Positions 63,086-64,000 of a stretch of DNA of 64,000 nucleotides are shown one piece after another (the first letter of the stretch is position 1; every line of letters starts with the position of its first letter). Source of the stretch: Antedon mediterranea (lineage: Eukaryota > Animalia > Echinodermata); the NCBI RefSeq assembly GCF_964355755.1, contig NC_092677.1, forward strand, positions 8,640,101 through 8,704,100, given 5' to 3'. The notes below the pieces were generated by a model, which worked only from the letters and a program-made list of their open reading frames with translations, was not told the DNA's origin and did no database searches. Made by a program: the position numbers and the translations under genes.

Positions 63086-63659
63086 GTGGGGATATTAATT
63101 TCTTACAAATGTTTATACTTTGTAATAAACAATTTCAAACCCGGAGATGCTGTACCCTTTGAAAAGGGCTTTATAATAAAATCCTTTTTCTTGAGTTTAA
63201 ATCCAAGTTATTTAACTGTAACATATTTGCTGTCAGTGTTGTGTACACTCATTTAGCCGATATGGTTTATGAGGAGACCACTAACATTAAATAAGATTGC
63301 AATTACATGATATATACTTGCCTCTGGTACAGCCGATAACTTTTGCAATTTTTCCCTAGTATATTAAGCTCTCTGAAATGATTGAAGTTGATTAGTTGGT
63401 TTCATTCAATCAAAGGTTTTACAGGGCTCGTTATTTAAGAGCTAAATTGAAAAAATTCTGTGATTAATAATAAGACTCTGTAATGCTCTAGATAGCTGGG
63501 AAATAAATGTAACGCTTTTCTATGTGCAACATTAATTATCCTGCTATGTAAGAAGAATTTGCCTTTCAATTTATGGTATTTTACAGCTACAGTGCATTTG
63601 TATGTAGGCCATGGCATGCGAGAAATAAAATAGAAATTGTAATCTTAGAATGTTGCTTT

Positions 63660-63724
63660 TTAATAATAATAATAATAAGATTTATACAGCGCACATATCC
63701 ACTAAAGTGCTCAAGGCGCTTGTG
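63660..63724 (-). mobile_element. L2-type LINE/SINE 3' tail
   Basis: Minus strand aagcgccttgagcac..ggatatgtgcgctgtataaat(ctt)(att)n resembles the tail at 59895-59960. Confidence 0.65.
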
Positions 63725-64000
63725 AAAACCATGAAATATATTAACCTTGAACTAAAATACAAAGATAAATTTGACAAAAACCGAAAAAATAAACAGGACC
63801 AATTTTAATGATGCCCACTTTAATACATTATGTTAAAAAATGTATTATATAAAACAGTCACTTGTAAAAATAAAAGCGTCAAATTCCCTCGAGCCTGACG
63901 GTATACTGGAAATGTTGCCTGATACACACAACTCCACATGATCTTCCACACATCAATTCAATAACATAGTACTTTTAGCATGTCTACGAGAATTATAAAT

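Overview
AT-rich animal genomic DNA, probably a marine invertebrate (inferred from spliceosomal introns, a Deu/Nin-type SINE and Academ/Helentron/RTE/L2 elements). It is not prokaryotic, and there is no CRISPR array or operon. Two host genes are supported, both on the + strand. One is a single-coding-exon class A peptide GPCR of the bombesin/CCHamide/endothelin-receptor type (51629-52654). The other is an 8-coding-exon CDCA7-family gene (zf-4CXXC_R1, ~291 aa, 56008-63085) that I assembled by hand from GT-AG exons; it has an E2F/CCAAT/CHR-type promoter and an open-frame, 5'-truncated L2-type LINE in one intron. The first ~50 kb is gene-poor and filled with nested transposon remnants: a decayed RTE LINE interrupted by a 9-bp-TSD MULE-like element and a SINE; a 3.1-kb near-palindromic AcademX derivative (TAG..CTA ends, TTA TSD, Cys8 zinc-finger remnant); a Helentron-type HINE; foldback elements; many hairpin MITEs; and minisatellites that grew out of transposon parts. 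I found no convincing new multi-gene system. The most interesting signals are transposon architecture and three cases of tandem repeats arising from mobile elements. All calls come from reading by eye; no database searches were run.
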